A DNA stretch of 62,609 bases, filler included, from Platydemus manokwari (GCA_037951405.1; 6 parts of 6 records of this genome joined end to end with filler, not necessarily neighbours in it); one strand, 5' to 3'. Shown: positions 10,510 through 24,693, counted from the whole stretch's first letter. A program made the numbers and translations. The notes: a model not told the origin generated them from the sequence alone.

Positions 10510-13500
10510 TTTGCCAGATTTTCAATGATCTCAACGAGATTGAAATTCTCGAAATTAGCGATCGATAACGAATCGGGAGATGGCAAGGAGTTTTGAGAAA
10601 CAAAAATACATTTCATGCTCGAATAAAGATTTATAATTTTGTCGAAATCATTAATGTAATTATCCCGGGATAAATTTTCCCTTGCAATATTCTCCATCAT
10701 TATGTGACAGCGATCAGGTCGAAAAATTCGAAGGAGGATTAATTTCGTGAATCTGTTAGTGGTAGATATCAATGACGATTCCTCGGTATTGATATTATGT
10801 GGCAACGAGTCTAATGGTGTGTGATCACAGTTTTCAATGTCTTCTAATTCGTACCTATTTGAGCGATATCAAATCAGATTTTCGCAAAAAATTATCCAAC
10901 CATGATTTCCAGATTTCACTATTTTCCACTACTTTGATACACAATTCGCCCAGTGCACCAGGCAGAACTGAAGCGGCTAAAATCTCTTCCCAAACGTGAG
11001 CTGGTATCCAATCTGGAACACGAGTTGAACAATCGAAATCTTCCAGTGATAATTTCATTTCTGGTTTTAGAGAGCCTATTTGAAAAAATAAAGGAAAAAT
11101 AATCATTTCAGATATCATATTTACCGTGGATAAAAAATTCCAATTCCATAGCAGTGGGACAATTCACAGGATCCTCAGATAACCACAAATGATAAATAAA
11201 GCGATAAATCAAAAATTCCTCTGTTGACAAGCACCTGAAGACACGAATAAGTCTGTTATTGGATATTTTCGAATGTATTATCGTGAGATTTCATATTTTA
11301 TATATAATCATATTAACTTGTTTATATAATTGTATTTAAATTTATAATTTGGTGTCATGACTTTTCAGTTCGTCTTTAATGAGTGGTTTTTAAAATAATT
11401 GCGGTTTACACGGCGACCACGCATCTGGATTCAATTATGAGAAGATCATTGACTGAAAATCATAAAAATGTAGGATGGAAATATTGAGAATATATAGAGA
11501 ATGTATAGATAAAGAAGATATAAACAAGTTGTAGTGAAGCTATTAAGGAGATCCAAATAAAGATATAAATAAGGTAGAAGAATTAGAGATTTTAATGTAG
11601 ATAAATATGTAGGGTATTCCATACAGAGACGATTCAGAAAGAAATCCGGACGTGAGGATTTTTAAATGAATTAAATGTTTACAGATTTAATTAAAATTTT
11701 ATATAAAATTGTATTAACTACTTAAGCATCTCGAACGAGACCCTCTCGCTTATCAAATGTGTTCCGATTTGCGCTATCCCGAGTGCCTCTCGCCATTTAT
11801 AAATATTATATTTATATTTTTACCTTCTCGCCCGTTTGCATTTCATAGAACTTAGTGTATATTTATTATATTAAAGTCGGTATTATTGCCCTGACTGCAA
11901 TGTGGGTTTATGTTTGACATTTTGTTTTCAGATTTATCACACAAAGTTGAATTTTTAATTTTTTATAAGATTAACGTTTTTCAATTTTTTTATGTTTTTT
12001 TAAGTTTATTTTATGATTTCTACTTTATCAATATTATAATAAAAACAAAAAACCCTGCTTTTTTGACCTCATTTCAGAGAAAAACCCTCGTATTAAGTGG
12101 TTAGTTTGTTTATATAAATATATAATGTAAATATGTATAATTGAATTTTCAGCTCGATTTCAAAGCGTGCCTTATAAAATAGTATCGGCTTAGACATTAC
12201 ATTTCTAATATTAGAATATCAGTATCTGTTACTTTAGTTTCGAATTTAATTAATTCTTACAATTTTAATCGACTGAGAATAGCTAATTCAAACAGTTCTA
12301 TTAGTTGTTTGATTTTATTTTCTGTCAACAATTGAAATTCCGTGTCTTGAATCGAAACAGCTTGACTGTTATCTTCAATTCGACTGATCATATTGTGAAT
12401 CTTTTTAAGTTCTTCTGACAATTTCTCTTGTTCTTCATGATGAACAGTTAATAAGGTGTTGAGAGTTTTGGTCTTGGTCTGAGGCTTCCATGGTCTGGGT
12501 CGAAGAACACCTCGTCTTTGCATATAGAATTCAAAACTTCGGAGCTTTAATTGATTTTTCGATTTTCGTATACCAGTAATTTCTTGGGCCAAAAATCGCT
12601 TTTCTTCACTATCGATTGAATTCAATAATTGTTCAACGAGGTGTTTGTCATCTAAATATACATTAATAGATGGCATCTATTCACATTATCAAGTCTAATC
12701 CTCACCTTCCTCACTGGTTTCAAAGCTCGATATGTCATCAGTTGATGACCATTTAAGGATGTTTCGTTCAGCTATATTAAATGAATGTCAAATGATTCCA
12801 CAATAATACAATTATCAATGTAAATTTATAATATAATTTATCATTTGCTTATACTGTCATTATAATTATAATTGGTCTCGAATATCTTTGCAGAAGTCCA
12901 CAAGAGATATTGGTGAGGATTATCATTAATAAAATAACTTCATTTTCAACCTAAACAAACAAAATCAACACTTACGGTTACTCACACCTTTTTACGGGTA
13001 AATTTAGGCATTGAAATCTTACAATATTATTTATATATTCAGATAGTCTCAGATATATAAATAAAAAATTATTTACCTATTTGGTCATCCATAATTGTTG
13101 CCGACAATCTCCTACTAAATGTCGATTCATCTTTTTTAACAGCATCATCAGTTCTATCAATCGGTTTATTATATTGCAATTCACTGTCATCGTTTAAGAT
13201 TTTATCGAAAATTTCCAAATAAATATTCGGTGTAAATAAAATGTTGCCATTAATCTTTCCCATATTAGTAATACATCTGTACACAACAATATTATTTAAA
13301 AATCAATACGTTTTTTAGTAAAACAAATACTGCAAAATGACTTCCATTCGTAATAAATTGTTTTTGATTTTGGATTTTTTACGATTGATTTTCTTAATAA
13401 ATTCATTGTATTCCTCTATATTGATCTTTAATTGTTTGATCTCGTCGATTATCGATTTTAATAACACGATATTCTCATCATTCCACAATTGACCACCAAC

Positions 13501-16500
13501 CGATCGATTGGATTTAATCAGCAGCGATTGCAATTCCTGTATGAGCATGCTCAAATAATGTCGACAATTTTCATTGGCTCGTCTACGAATTTGTAATCTA
13601 TATCGATGAATGACGTCAATGAATGTTATAAAATTGGAATGAAGTTGAAAAGAAAATAATTTTAGAAAAGAAGTAAATTACTTTGAGAAATTGTCACCAA
13701 TGTATAGAAAACATTTTTCGGTCATCAAATCAATGATTTGATCTTCAGTAATATTCCAATTGATTATATTAATCTGTGAATATAGCTCATTATCATGATT
13801 ATTTTCAATATCTCGATCAGTGATCAAGACAGCTTTGAATCCTCCGTCTACCACTGATCGCTTATTGGCGATTTGAATGAATCTCTCATCTAAAATAACA
13901 AATGATAAATTTCAAATCCAATTATTTGGCTAAGAGATTCGGTACCAGTTTCATGAATTTTTATCGCTTTCGAAGAGAAATATTGAATGAGAGCTTCAAC
14001 ATAGATATCCAATTTAGCTTGATCAGATTGAATAACTGTGTGATAACAATTGGTAATTGCCTCTTCAAAACGATTAGTAAACATTGGTGATGTGCTGAAA
14101 AATAAAGGAAAATCTTTCATTCATAATTAATGACTATTAAATAAGAAAATTATTAGTATAAATTATTAGTATAAATTGATTGGTTACTTCATTACGACGA
14201 AGGAAAATGATTGGCTAATTAAAGTATTCAATGAATTTCTAAAATTTCTAAAATATAGGATATTTATTTGTTTTAAATGATGCGGATTTTATTCGATTTA
14301 TTAATCATATAGTGTGTGTGTATCTTTGAGGGCGAATATCGTTAAAATTAAATGTGCTGAAAAAGCAAAATGAGTTTGCAAAGCTTCAATTATTATTTCC
14401 AGTCATAAAAATGCCCATCACATAATAATCCATAAAGATAAACTTAAAATTGCTTTAAAAACCGTACACAAGTTCGGAATTAATAATTTGAAGTGATCGC
14501 TTTTTTGTCACATTACTCTTGTCCGATAATAATTGCTGGAAAAGCTCCCAGAAATCGGAATAGTATTTCATTCCATATCTAGATGGATCAACAATCACTG
14601 AAAATCGATCATCATTTCCAGCAATCATAATCGATTGTTGCAAATTCGAATTAAGTGTACCTGATAATAAATCATTGATAATAACGAAATAATAATAATA
14701 TTTATCTTTCACCTTCTAATTGAAAATATTCATCTTGTCGTTTGTTGAACACAATCGCCCCGATAGCGCTGATATATCGATTATATTGTTCATCAGTCAA
14801 TGAAGAGGGTTGAAAACTGTCATGAGATCCAGATGTTGTCGTTGATCCAACTTCGTCTGTGGAATTATAAATTTCCTTTTCTTCTAAAACGAATCATTTT
14901 TATTGAAATTTTCATTAATGTAATCAATTATTTTATTAACCTTCTCGATTTGAACTCGGTTTTAATGTTGGATATTCGAATAGCATTGTCAAGCCTGAAT
15001 ATATAAACATTAATAATTATCTATTAATAAGCTTTTTGTTGACAAATAGAGCATTATCACAGTACACAAAATGATCAAAATATTTCTTTAATATTATGGC
15101 CAATTATAAAATGGTTCTATCATTAACAGTTATTGCAAGCGAAACAATCAATCAGTCGAAAGGCATAATGAATTACCTTGTACTTTATCAACGGTATCGA
15201 ATGTTAAATTAAGACCTCGTTCTTGAATGCATCTTGGCCAATGATTTGTTAGTATTTCTCTGCGAGATGAAGTATCGAATCTTCCGATATATGTGACAAA
15301 AGCTGCTGCAATAGCACAACTGCCAATGAGGTTAATTTTTCGTTTTTTATAGGATGATTTCAATATTGAAGCTTGTCGTTTTTCATTTTCCAATAAATCG
15401 ATCAAATTCTTTGATGTGACAAGCATTTCAGTTACTTTAGCGCTTTTAATCTCCTAATAAATAATTCTGATATTATATTTACAATTTATTTTATAAGTAG
15501 ATTGTCATCAAAACATTATAAAACTGTATCTTGATATTTATATTATTTATTGTTTTGTTTATAATTCTTTTTTTAATCCTACAATGTTTGAGTAACATTC
15601 CAAATTACACATCCTTTCAATGACCTAAAGATTGAAAAAAGAATATTAAGAAGATCCAATAAAACAGAATTTCTGGAAAATAAAGAGAATATATAGAATT
15701 TAAAAATAGAATAATAAAAATCTAAAAATAGGCAAAATAAATAAAAAAAATCCATAAATTTAAAATAGCAATTATCAAAATTAAAAATAGAATTCAAAAT
15801 ACTATTAATAATAAATAAAAAATAAATAATAAAAAAGGGAAACAAAAACATTCACGATCGTGTAAAAAAATCGATATTCCATGTAGTAGAGTTGATATTA
15901 ATTTGAATAAATCGCAGCAAATATAATTTAAATACAATTCTTTTACAGAAATTTGAACTTCATTGATCAGTACATCGGTGAAAATTTTTATAAAAGTACA
16001 TTATTATTATAAAGGAAAAAATAAAAATTATTTTACTGACAATTCTGCGACCGAGAAACCGAATCACAAAGTAATTATATTGTTATATTCCTTTTTAAAA
16101 TTTTTATTGTATTTATTTAATTAACTTTTGTCGAACAATCTTTAACTTGGATCTAGTTCAACCAAAAATTCATAATAAATAAATTTAACAATAAATTTAA
16201 TAAACTTAGCGCAGCTCGTGACTATGAAGCTATTAGACCTAGTCATCTTCAAAGCTCGAAGCGAATTGAGAGCTCTTGTTGATATTTTCACACGAGACTT
16301 TAGAACCCCTCAAACCTATAATTATGCCAGACAAACTAGAACCCATTGTAGTAAAATTAATAAAATTAGTAAAGATAATACTGGTTATCAGTAATTTGCC
16401 TAATGGTATCATATATATGTTTATTGTATTTCGACTTGTAGTTTTAGTTAATTCATTATTCTTAAACAGTTTGTAATAACCAATTATATTTTATTGAATT

Positions 16501-17741
16501 ATCGAATGATTTATTAATATTTATTTATAATTTTAAATATAAATTCGTATTATACTTTTACACACATTTTTGGAGTTTGATTGAAAGTAAAATTGACCTT
16601 TGATCTATCTTCATTTTAAAAGCTAATATTACATTTTAATAAAACATAACAATATGTTCACTACAATCGATATTTGATATGTATGTGCAGACACGACCAA
16701 GCAAAGCAACCAAACCTGGTTATATCGATCCAATGTTGCTTGCTCGAAATTATTGGACAAATCTTGAAGTCGGGAATTGAGATTATTTCTTTTCTCGTCC
16801 AGTAATTTCATTCGAACTTCTGCTTCTGAGACATCTTTCGTTGTTTGTTCGAGTTTGTGATGTAACGGTTTGACTTTGGTATGCATGATCTTATAATATC
16901 TAGCAACACAATGGACCCATCGACATAAATCTTCACAACATGACATTCCACACTTTTCCATAATCATGCTTGGTTGCATCGATGATTTTTTCAATCGAGA
17001 TTCCAGCAGACTGAGAGTTTCGTCGCTTATTTTTCTTTCATCAAATGTTAGTAGATCCACAATAAATCTAACAGAATGTTATATGATGATTTTGTTCGAA
17101 GTATTGATTATTTTTAGAAAATATATTCATAAAAAAACCTTTCTAAATTGGCCAATAATCTCTTGCCACCAGTATTCCAAGTCATGTCTGATGATGGTGA
17201 CTTTACTGAAAATTCAAATAAAATGAATACAACATGCTTTATTAATTTTACAAATCATAATTATAGTTTCGATCAATTCCAGAACTTCTACAATAGGATT
17301 GTGAATAGATCTCAATTCAGCAAGATTGTCGAAATCAATCTTTTTCACTACATCTCTCGCCTCATTAAAAGCAGCTATTGCTTTATACGAATATCGATCA
17401 TGAGCCAGTTTGTATTCCGGCACGAGCTGATCAAATTCATAATAATTTACCGTCCTATACAACATCATATTACACAAACCTTTTTCAATGTTTTAATTTC
17501 ATTAATTTGGGTTTGAATTGTTTTCATTTGGGCCTGAACTATGAGAGTGTTTTCTCCAATTTGATTCAAAATTGCCGTAGCAGCTTCGATTTTGTCCAGA
17601 AGAACTTGTTTCTCATGAGTTAATTGATTAAATAAACGAGTTACCAACTGTTCTTGTTCGTTAATGACGAGAATTGTCTCATTTGCAATTTTCTCTTCAT
17701 TTTCTATCATATCCAGCTTCTTTTCGACGAGTTGACAGAAT
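10510..17741 (-). CDS. Divergent axonemal-type dynein heavy chain (DNHD1/DNAH-like), stalk to AAA5/AAA6 region; multi-exon, partial at both ends
   Basis: Stalk and microtubule-binding region (LAELRSIHNP, LCRWVHCVARYYKIMHTKVKPL), post-stalk LIGSCAIAAAFVTYIGRFD..RREIL..W, AAA5-like VIVDPSRYG, and PDWIP..VWEEI...WKSW and FTKLILLRIFRPDR. Exons have GT-AG boundaries. Outer coordinates are approximate and the paralog assignment is uncertain. Confidence 0.88.
11254..12194 (+). mobile_element. Old miniature LTR-type element in a dynein intron
   Basis: TGT..ACA-bounded segment 11254-11410 followed at once by PBS-like CGGCGACCACG. Its last 49 nt (11362-11410) align without gaps to 12146-12194 at 35/49. 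Confidence 0.5.
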
Positions 17742-18044
17742 CTTGAAAACAATTCAAATATTCCAATAAATTACAACACTTGTTATTCATTTGATATCAA
17801 AGGAGTTGGCAATTAATTTTTAATAAGAAATAGTTTTGTTAAATTAAAATATGAGAAAAATATCATATTGTAAATATATCATGTATTGCAAAATGTCGAA
17901 TATAATTTACAGGTTATTTGTGTAGAAATGGGACATTTTGAACTGCAGCTAATACGATATACGTCATGTAGGACTTACAATAGTTTAATTTCAAGTATGA
18001 AATCATGCAAATGCGATATGAAATAAAAATAAACAATTAAAGAG

Positions 18045-18581
18045 TGGATCAGGGCCGGGTCAGAGCGACTTCACAATAGTGATTGTATTATAACGGCGAC
18101 TGTAACATTAGCGACTTTATTATCAACTGGACAGACGCAAGGTCCAGGCGTATGTTTCAATTGCTTGTGTTTTCGAGTTGGTATCTACGTGTTTAGTTGC
18201 ATTATTTTTTGAGATAATTTAAGAATAAAATATACTCAAAGGTCGCATAAATTTTGTTAGATAGTCAATTTTTACTTGTTCGTGTTTATATGTTTGTGTT
18301 CATTTTGTGAGATAAGTTCAATAGAGTGTTTTACCTTTTTCTAATTAACGATGACGATATAATTTTTCAAATTTTTCTCTCACAAAAACAGTACCGAACA
18401 ATGGGAGGTATAGAGCCTTGTAATTTTTAGCTGTTTTATGTAGTGGAAGCGATGATGTCGTTGTTATGGCAATAACTCTTATAATACAATCCCTACCATG
18501 TGATCGCTATTGTGGCCAACGCTGTTTTATTAAAATCGATATTGTGAAGTAACTCTATTGATAGTCGCTATTCGGAATCCG
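18045..18581. mobile_element. Non-autonomous inverted-repeat DNA element with ~15-17 bp subterminal repeats
   Basis: Left arm AGAGCGACTTCACAATAGTGATTGTATTATAACGGCG matches the reverse complement of the right arm, AGAGTTACTTCACAATATCGATTTTAATAAAACAGCG. Ends are GGAT...ATCC. TAGCGACT-like units recur. AACAATTAAAGA lies on both flanks. Confidence 0.7.
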
Positions 18582-20112
18582 AACAATTAAAGATGAGCTT
18601 AATTATTTATTAACCCCAATTTAACATCATCGATAACAGTGAAGTTTTCTAGTAATTCGAAAATTTCAGGAACGTTTGCAATATTTGGAATGTACTTCTT
18701 TAATTCTATTTTATTTTCAATTTCAAAAACAGCGTCATCTTTCTTGAAACAAACATGAGAGCCATTCAAAATGGTTGAAACGTTAAATTCTTCTCAAGAT
18801 TAAACAATCCATAGGAAAATGGTATTCTTTTCAGTTACTTCAATAATTTCTTTTATCCTCCATTGATTCTTTTGATTTGGTTAACTATTGTTATCCATTT
18901 TTAAGATGGATTTAAAAAGGACAAAAATATTGCTTTAAATAAACTTTAAAGAAATTTATTGTTTGTTGGTAATTGTAGAAAAATACAAATGAAGCAACTA
19001 ATGCATGCTGCAACTTATATGCTGCAATTTATCTTTGGAATTTTCCACCACATACATACATGAATTATCACTTAAAATTAACAAAATTAAAATTGATTCT
19101 AATTCACAATTTAATGAATCCAAGGATCACACATCAGTCATGTATTTGGAATTTACACAAGCTACAATCTCGAAAAGTTTTTGTCTGTAAATAATATTTT
19201 ATCCCATATATAATAAATAAAGATGGGCGATGATAACATATTGTGATTTTATAATCATTTGATAACAGAATCTGATGTAGAGAACCATATTTTATTATCG
19301 ATATGCATCACCAGTCGCCATTATATTATTTGTAGCTAATAACGCTATGATTGTCAACAATTTTTGAATATTTAACTTCTTATTTATGAACTTCATCTGG
19401 ATTTTCAAATAATTTGTCAATTGATAAATCTTTAGCTTTTCTATCAAGAGTTGAAAGATGCTCTTTTAATCTTTCCTCGGTAAAATTTTACACTTTCATA
19501 ATAACTTTGAACTAGAAATCTCTCTCTAAACATTAAATTACAGAGTTGATCATTTGTGAAATTATTTTAACGTGCGAAACGTGTATATAAATCCTTTGAA
19601 ATATAATTCAAACCCTGTTCCATAAAATTATACTAGGGGAAAATATTTCTTATAAAAATATATTGTTTTAATAATAAGTCATATAATAAACGGATTATAT
19701 ATAATCTTAACTGATTTAATTCTATAACACAAAGCTATTTCATCAGTTCTATTTATTGGTTGATATTCTTTTGCGGATTTTTTTTATTTTAATTTTAATT
19801 GTTTAGCCCCGTTATCATTACTAAAGATTATATTAGTTTTGTAAATATTGTTGTTGATCCGAACCTAGCCGATTAAAAATATCTCTCAATATTAGTTTAA
19901 ACTATATCTCAAGCAATCATTAGAGGTGATTAGAAAATTTCAGCCAATCACAAATTGACAAATTATTATTGTGTTATTGGAGACAGTTTACGTATATGTT
20001 TAAGAATTAAGAAAATGAGAATTATAACAGACATTCAACCATTTCTTTGATGAATGAGTGTGAATGAATCAAATCTGGACACACACACACATATATATAT
20101 AGCTTAGACATC

Positions 20113-20212
20113 NNNNNNNNNNNNNNNNNNNNNNNNNNNNNNNNNNNNNNNNNNNNTTAATTAATTAANNNNNNNNNNNNNNNNNNNNNNNNNNNNNNNN
20201 NNNNNNNNNNNN
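20113..20212. other. Artificial contig-joining spacer
   Basis: 44N-TTAATTAATTAA-44N. Confidence 0.97.
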
Positions 20213-22153
20213 CAAATCCCAAATACGCATTATTCTTTTCAAATAAATTATCAATCAATATATAAATCAATATATAAATAATAATAATAATATATACAGC
20301 GTTGACGATAATACACAAGTACCTTATTTCACTCTGGAATTTTTAATTTGACCAATTATTGATTCAATTTTTTTACAAATGTAATACAAGAATAATTGGA
20401 TTCAAAAATTGTTTGCTTGATGTATTGAATGGTTAGAGCAAAGCCGCTACTTTTCCTGGCCAAGATCCAATAATTCCAAAAGCAAACAAAATAAAGATTT
20501 AATGAATTTTATTGTTTTTTTTCTTTTTCAATGAGAACCTTTACGAATGTATGTGTCAATGATTCGACATTTATATATTTTTGTTTAAATTAAAATTAAT
20601 TGAAATCATTTTTTGATTATTGTGTTGATTTCAATTTGAAAAGAAAATGAAAATGAAAGATTATAGTATACAAATAATGACATTTTATTGATTGATTTGA
20701 AATTATGGAGTCAATCCTAATTTGAATATTGGTTATCTCAAATAAAAATTTGAAATATTATCTTTGACCATTTCAATTTCAAATATCGGGGGGATTGGTT
20801 AACAAATCGATATCGAATACAATTTGATCAATCGCGTGACATGTTAAAATAATCTATTTAGAAAGATTGTAATTTAAAAAAAAATTTTTATTTATAAGAA
20901 TCCTCTTTCTATTATGAAACCGATAAATATTTAGAAAATGCCTCTATTTCTAATTGAAGCGTAGTGAATTGTAGCGAGTCAGAATTCTAACTAATCATGT
21001 TGTAATCGAAAATGAAATTTTTATCAACATTATTGTGTTTATATTTGAATCCATCTAAATAATGGAAAGCAAATATTTAAGTTGGTCAGCTCGTGATCTA
21101 TAGAATTACATTTCCCAAATCTGGAAATAATAATTAAATAATAGCTTATAATTTATGTATACTTGACCAGTTTTTCAAGTACATAGTCGTATCTTGATTA
21201 AAAATATCTATCTTCTACGTTAAATGGCTTAAATTTTATTGGTCAATAATTTGATTATTTTATCAAGAATGTAAAATTTTAAACCACATACTTGTAAATT
21301 TGGAGACAATAATCCAATCCAATGGATTTATAATGAAATCTATGATAAACTGCTCCATGAATAATAATTCCTGAATTTGTATATATAATATCAGATATTG
21401 GAAAGCACATCAAATCATTTTGAACACACGAAGTCCGAGAACAATAACAAATATATTTTAATTAAATATTAAAAACTTTTTATTTGTAAATCACCTAACG
21501 ATCTTTAGTTTTTCAATGAATTTTATAATTTGATTTGTGGAATATGATGAAGTGTAAAATCGATATGTTTAGAATTGTTGTGCTTATAAGGGAAAGGTGA
21601 GTCGTAATGAGAAACCTTTTGGAAATTTTATTTCATTTCAACTAGACACACATATTGTAGTGAACACGAGTCATAAATAACTGAAAGAGAAAGAGAGTAT
21701 CAGTAAAGGAAAGGATGTAATATTAATTAGAATGGAATAAAATAAAAATATTATTTTGATTTTTACATCACAAATTATAATCATATAGCCCATAATGATT
21801 GCAAAACGAGAATCGAGTTGAAACAAATTATGGTTTTCTGATCTCATAATTTCTTTCATAGATATGAAAAAAGTAGAAATCAGTTGCTGATGCTCTCTCC
21901 TTCTGGCTGTTGTAAATTAAGGATTTGTTAATTTTTATTTTTGATGAATTCAATCCATATCTTATCAACACAGGCACTTACATATCAAATGATACCCAAT
22001 TTATGATAGTTTTAATAGTGAATAACCCAATTTAAAAATCCTGTCAATATTTTATAAATCTGAAATTAGAATTTTCATAAAATTTATATTTTTTCTAATT
22101 GATTTGATTTGATTTTTTTTAAAAAATTTAATTGATAACTTTTTTAACATTAG

Positions 22154-24693
22154 GAAATTCTCAGCCGCATAGTTTCGGGATTGTTTAATTGGTTCTACGA
22201 TACAGTTTTCACTGTATGTGGCGGATTTGGAACGGGTATGGTGTTTGATTTTTAATGATATATGTCTAGATAGATTTTCGATGAAATAATTAATATTCTA
22301 GATTATTACATAACTGGCTCGCTACAAGACAAATGTTAATTTATGGGTTTATGCTTTCTAAACTATATATTTATTTGTTTTATATTTGTATATATATATG
22401 CGGGAATTTTATTTGTTTCATGTTCTGATTTATAGAGTTACTATTTAATATATTATTATATTAATCAATGGAGCATCATTTATTGGAATTTGGTTTATTG
22501 ATTGATGTTCTTCTCACAGTCGTATTCCATATTGTTGCATTCAACAAAGGTTCTATTGATTTTCTAGGATGATTTAGAATATCGATTGATCGATTGTTTA
22601 ATTTTTTCTTGATTATTCTCATTGTGACTCCTTAATGAATTGATAACTTCATAATTGAACCCACGAATTCTGTTCGCATCGATGAATCTGATATTAGCTT
22701 ATCAGCTTGTTATCATGTTCAACTCCTTCAATATTAATGATTAAATTTTTGAAGTTAATTTCGGAATCATAAAATGAAAACTTGAGAAATTAGGAGAGGG
22801 AATTTTTATTCGACTAATAATTAAAAATGAATTGAGTTGTTATTGATTTTATCTTTTTTTTCAAGATCTTCTTATACGCATTCAATAGATATTGTTTTCT
22901 TTCGGTTCTCTTCCATTTCCATCTGAATTTATTATTAATTTATTTATATATTTGATTTTCTTATTCAAATCTAAACAATCCAAGTTTAATTTATTAATCG
23001 ATCATCATTTGGTAAAAAAATAAAATCGATACATTGAAATCCTCAATTGAATTCAATAGAACCTTTATGGAGATGTTTTAAATTGTGTCAATTTTATTTT
23101 TCATTTGATCATACGTTTTTGCTTGCAGGGATATTATTTTTTTTGGCATTTATATAATTATTATAAAGATTCGCTAAATGTAGTAAAGCAATTTCGTGAA
23201 TTTATTTGTATTTGAATTAATCAAGAAACGTTTTGTATATTTCAGGATTAAAAAATTACTGTTGATCAAAATTTCAAGTAAATACAATAAAAATATGGCC
23301 ACAAAGTTATTTGTGTTACATGTAAGCCGCTACTGTTTTATAAAAATCGCATCGAAAACAAACTGAAATTACACATCAAATTCTATTTAAATATAATTAT
23401 TTAAACAAATTATTTTGATTTTATACACAAATTTTTTATACCAAATTAAATTTTATATAAAATTCAAGCTATAAAATTTTTAATTCAATTTTAAAAAGCT
23501 CACATTATGTGTGTGTATTGGACCGATGCTAAGTTGTTCACTGTAAAATCAACTTTTAATACTGTATTTTATTGATGGATTTCAGGTCATTGATTGACTT
23601 GAGTAATAAAATTGTCGAGTTTAATAAATATTATTTGTGTTGAATATGTATGAGGTATGTAGGTCTGCTGGTCGAACCATTAATGATATTAACAAATAGT
23701 ACCATAATAGACCGTCATTGGAGTATTTTCTACTCATCACTATTGGGTAGAACATCAAATCCACCATAACACGATGGCGTTTCATTCAACTTTATTATCA
23801 TATAACTCTAACTAGAAGGTACCAGTGGTAATTGAATTTTGGTTAAATATTGATAAATATTGATGATGACAAATCAAACTCATTTTATTTTTGTATCTCT
23901 CTGATTAGATATGATAAAATTATTTTAACTTTTCTGCACATTAACGATTTAGTTTGATTCGGGATATCGTAAACATCTAAATATTATTTTCTTATCAGCT
24001 TGTAAAGATATGTTGGTTTTGTAAAAAATATTAAAATAAATTACTAGTAATAAATCAGGAATCTTATCTTCAATATATTTACACTCAGTTTAATATCACT
24101 TGATATTTAAAAATGTCTAGAAATCTCAATAACCATTATTAATCCAAGTTCCTGAACCACAATAACGTTTTCATTATAATAAATTATTATTATTTTAAAA
24201 ATATTTTTCAAAGAACTATTTCGTCGAATTTATAATTTATATTTAATAAAATAATATTATTAAATAATATTATAAAATAAAACAAATAATTATTAAATTA
24301 ATAATCTATAGTGTGATATAAAAGGTTGGTTATATTTTTAGTATATGATATTCAATTTAATATATGAAATCATTATTTTCAAGAGAAACTGTTGTACAAA
24401 TCTGTAAGAATCGTTTGAGAATTGATATCAATGACATAGATATTTATTGTTCTTGTTTTTATTATTCAGATAGCTTGGATGAGTTCATCGAAAAAATAAA
24501 GAAAGATGTAATGATAAATTTATATGAGATTGGATTCAATAAAAATATTTCGTTCTCATTTCAGTATCTGTTGAAATGGATTCAACAAGTCGTGGAGAAT
24601 AACTTGGAAGTGATGCTGACTGTATTATTGCCATATCCTATCGAATATGCCAAAGTTGGCTCATGCTGGTACGTTTCATACAATTCACTGGAC

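Noticed and set aside
14713-14765. Possible premature stop in a dynein exon
   Set aside because: Re-reading the G run gives an open frame (AIGAIVFNKRQDEYFQLE) up to the donor, so there is no pseudogene evidence.
15579-15851. Hydrophobic Phe/Ile-rich short ORFs (also 5005, 11910, 30280, 43819)
   Set aside because: Expected by-products of AT-rich low-complexity intronic or intergenic DNA.
17455-17479. Possible 25-nt ultrashort intron in dynein
   Set aside because: Using that acceptor gives a stop. The downstream CAG acceptor (about 53-nt intron) keeps the frame.
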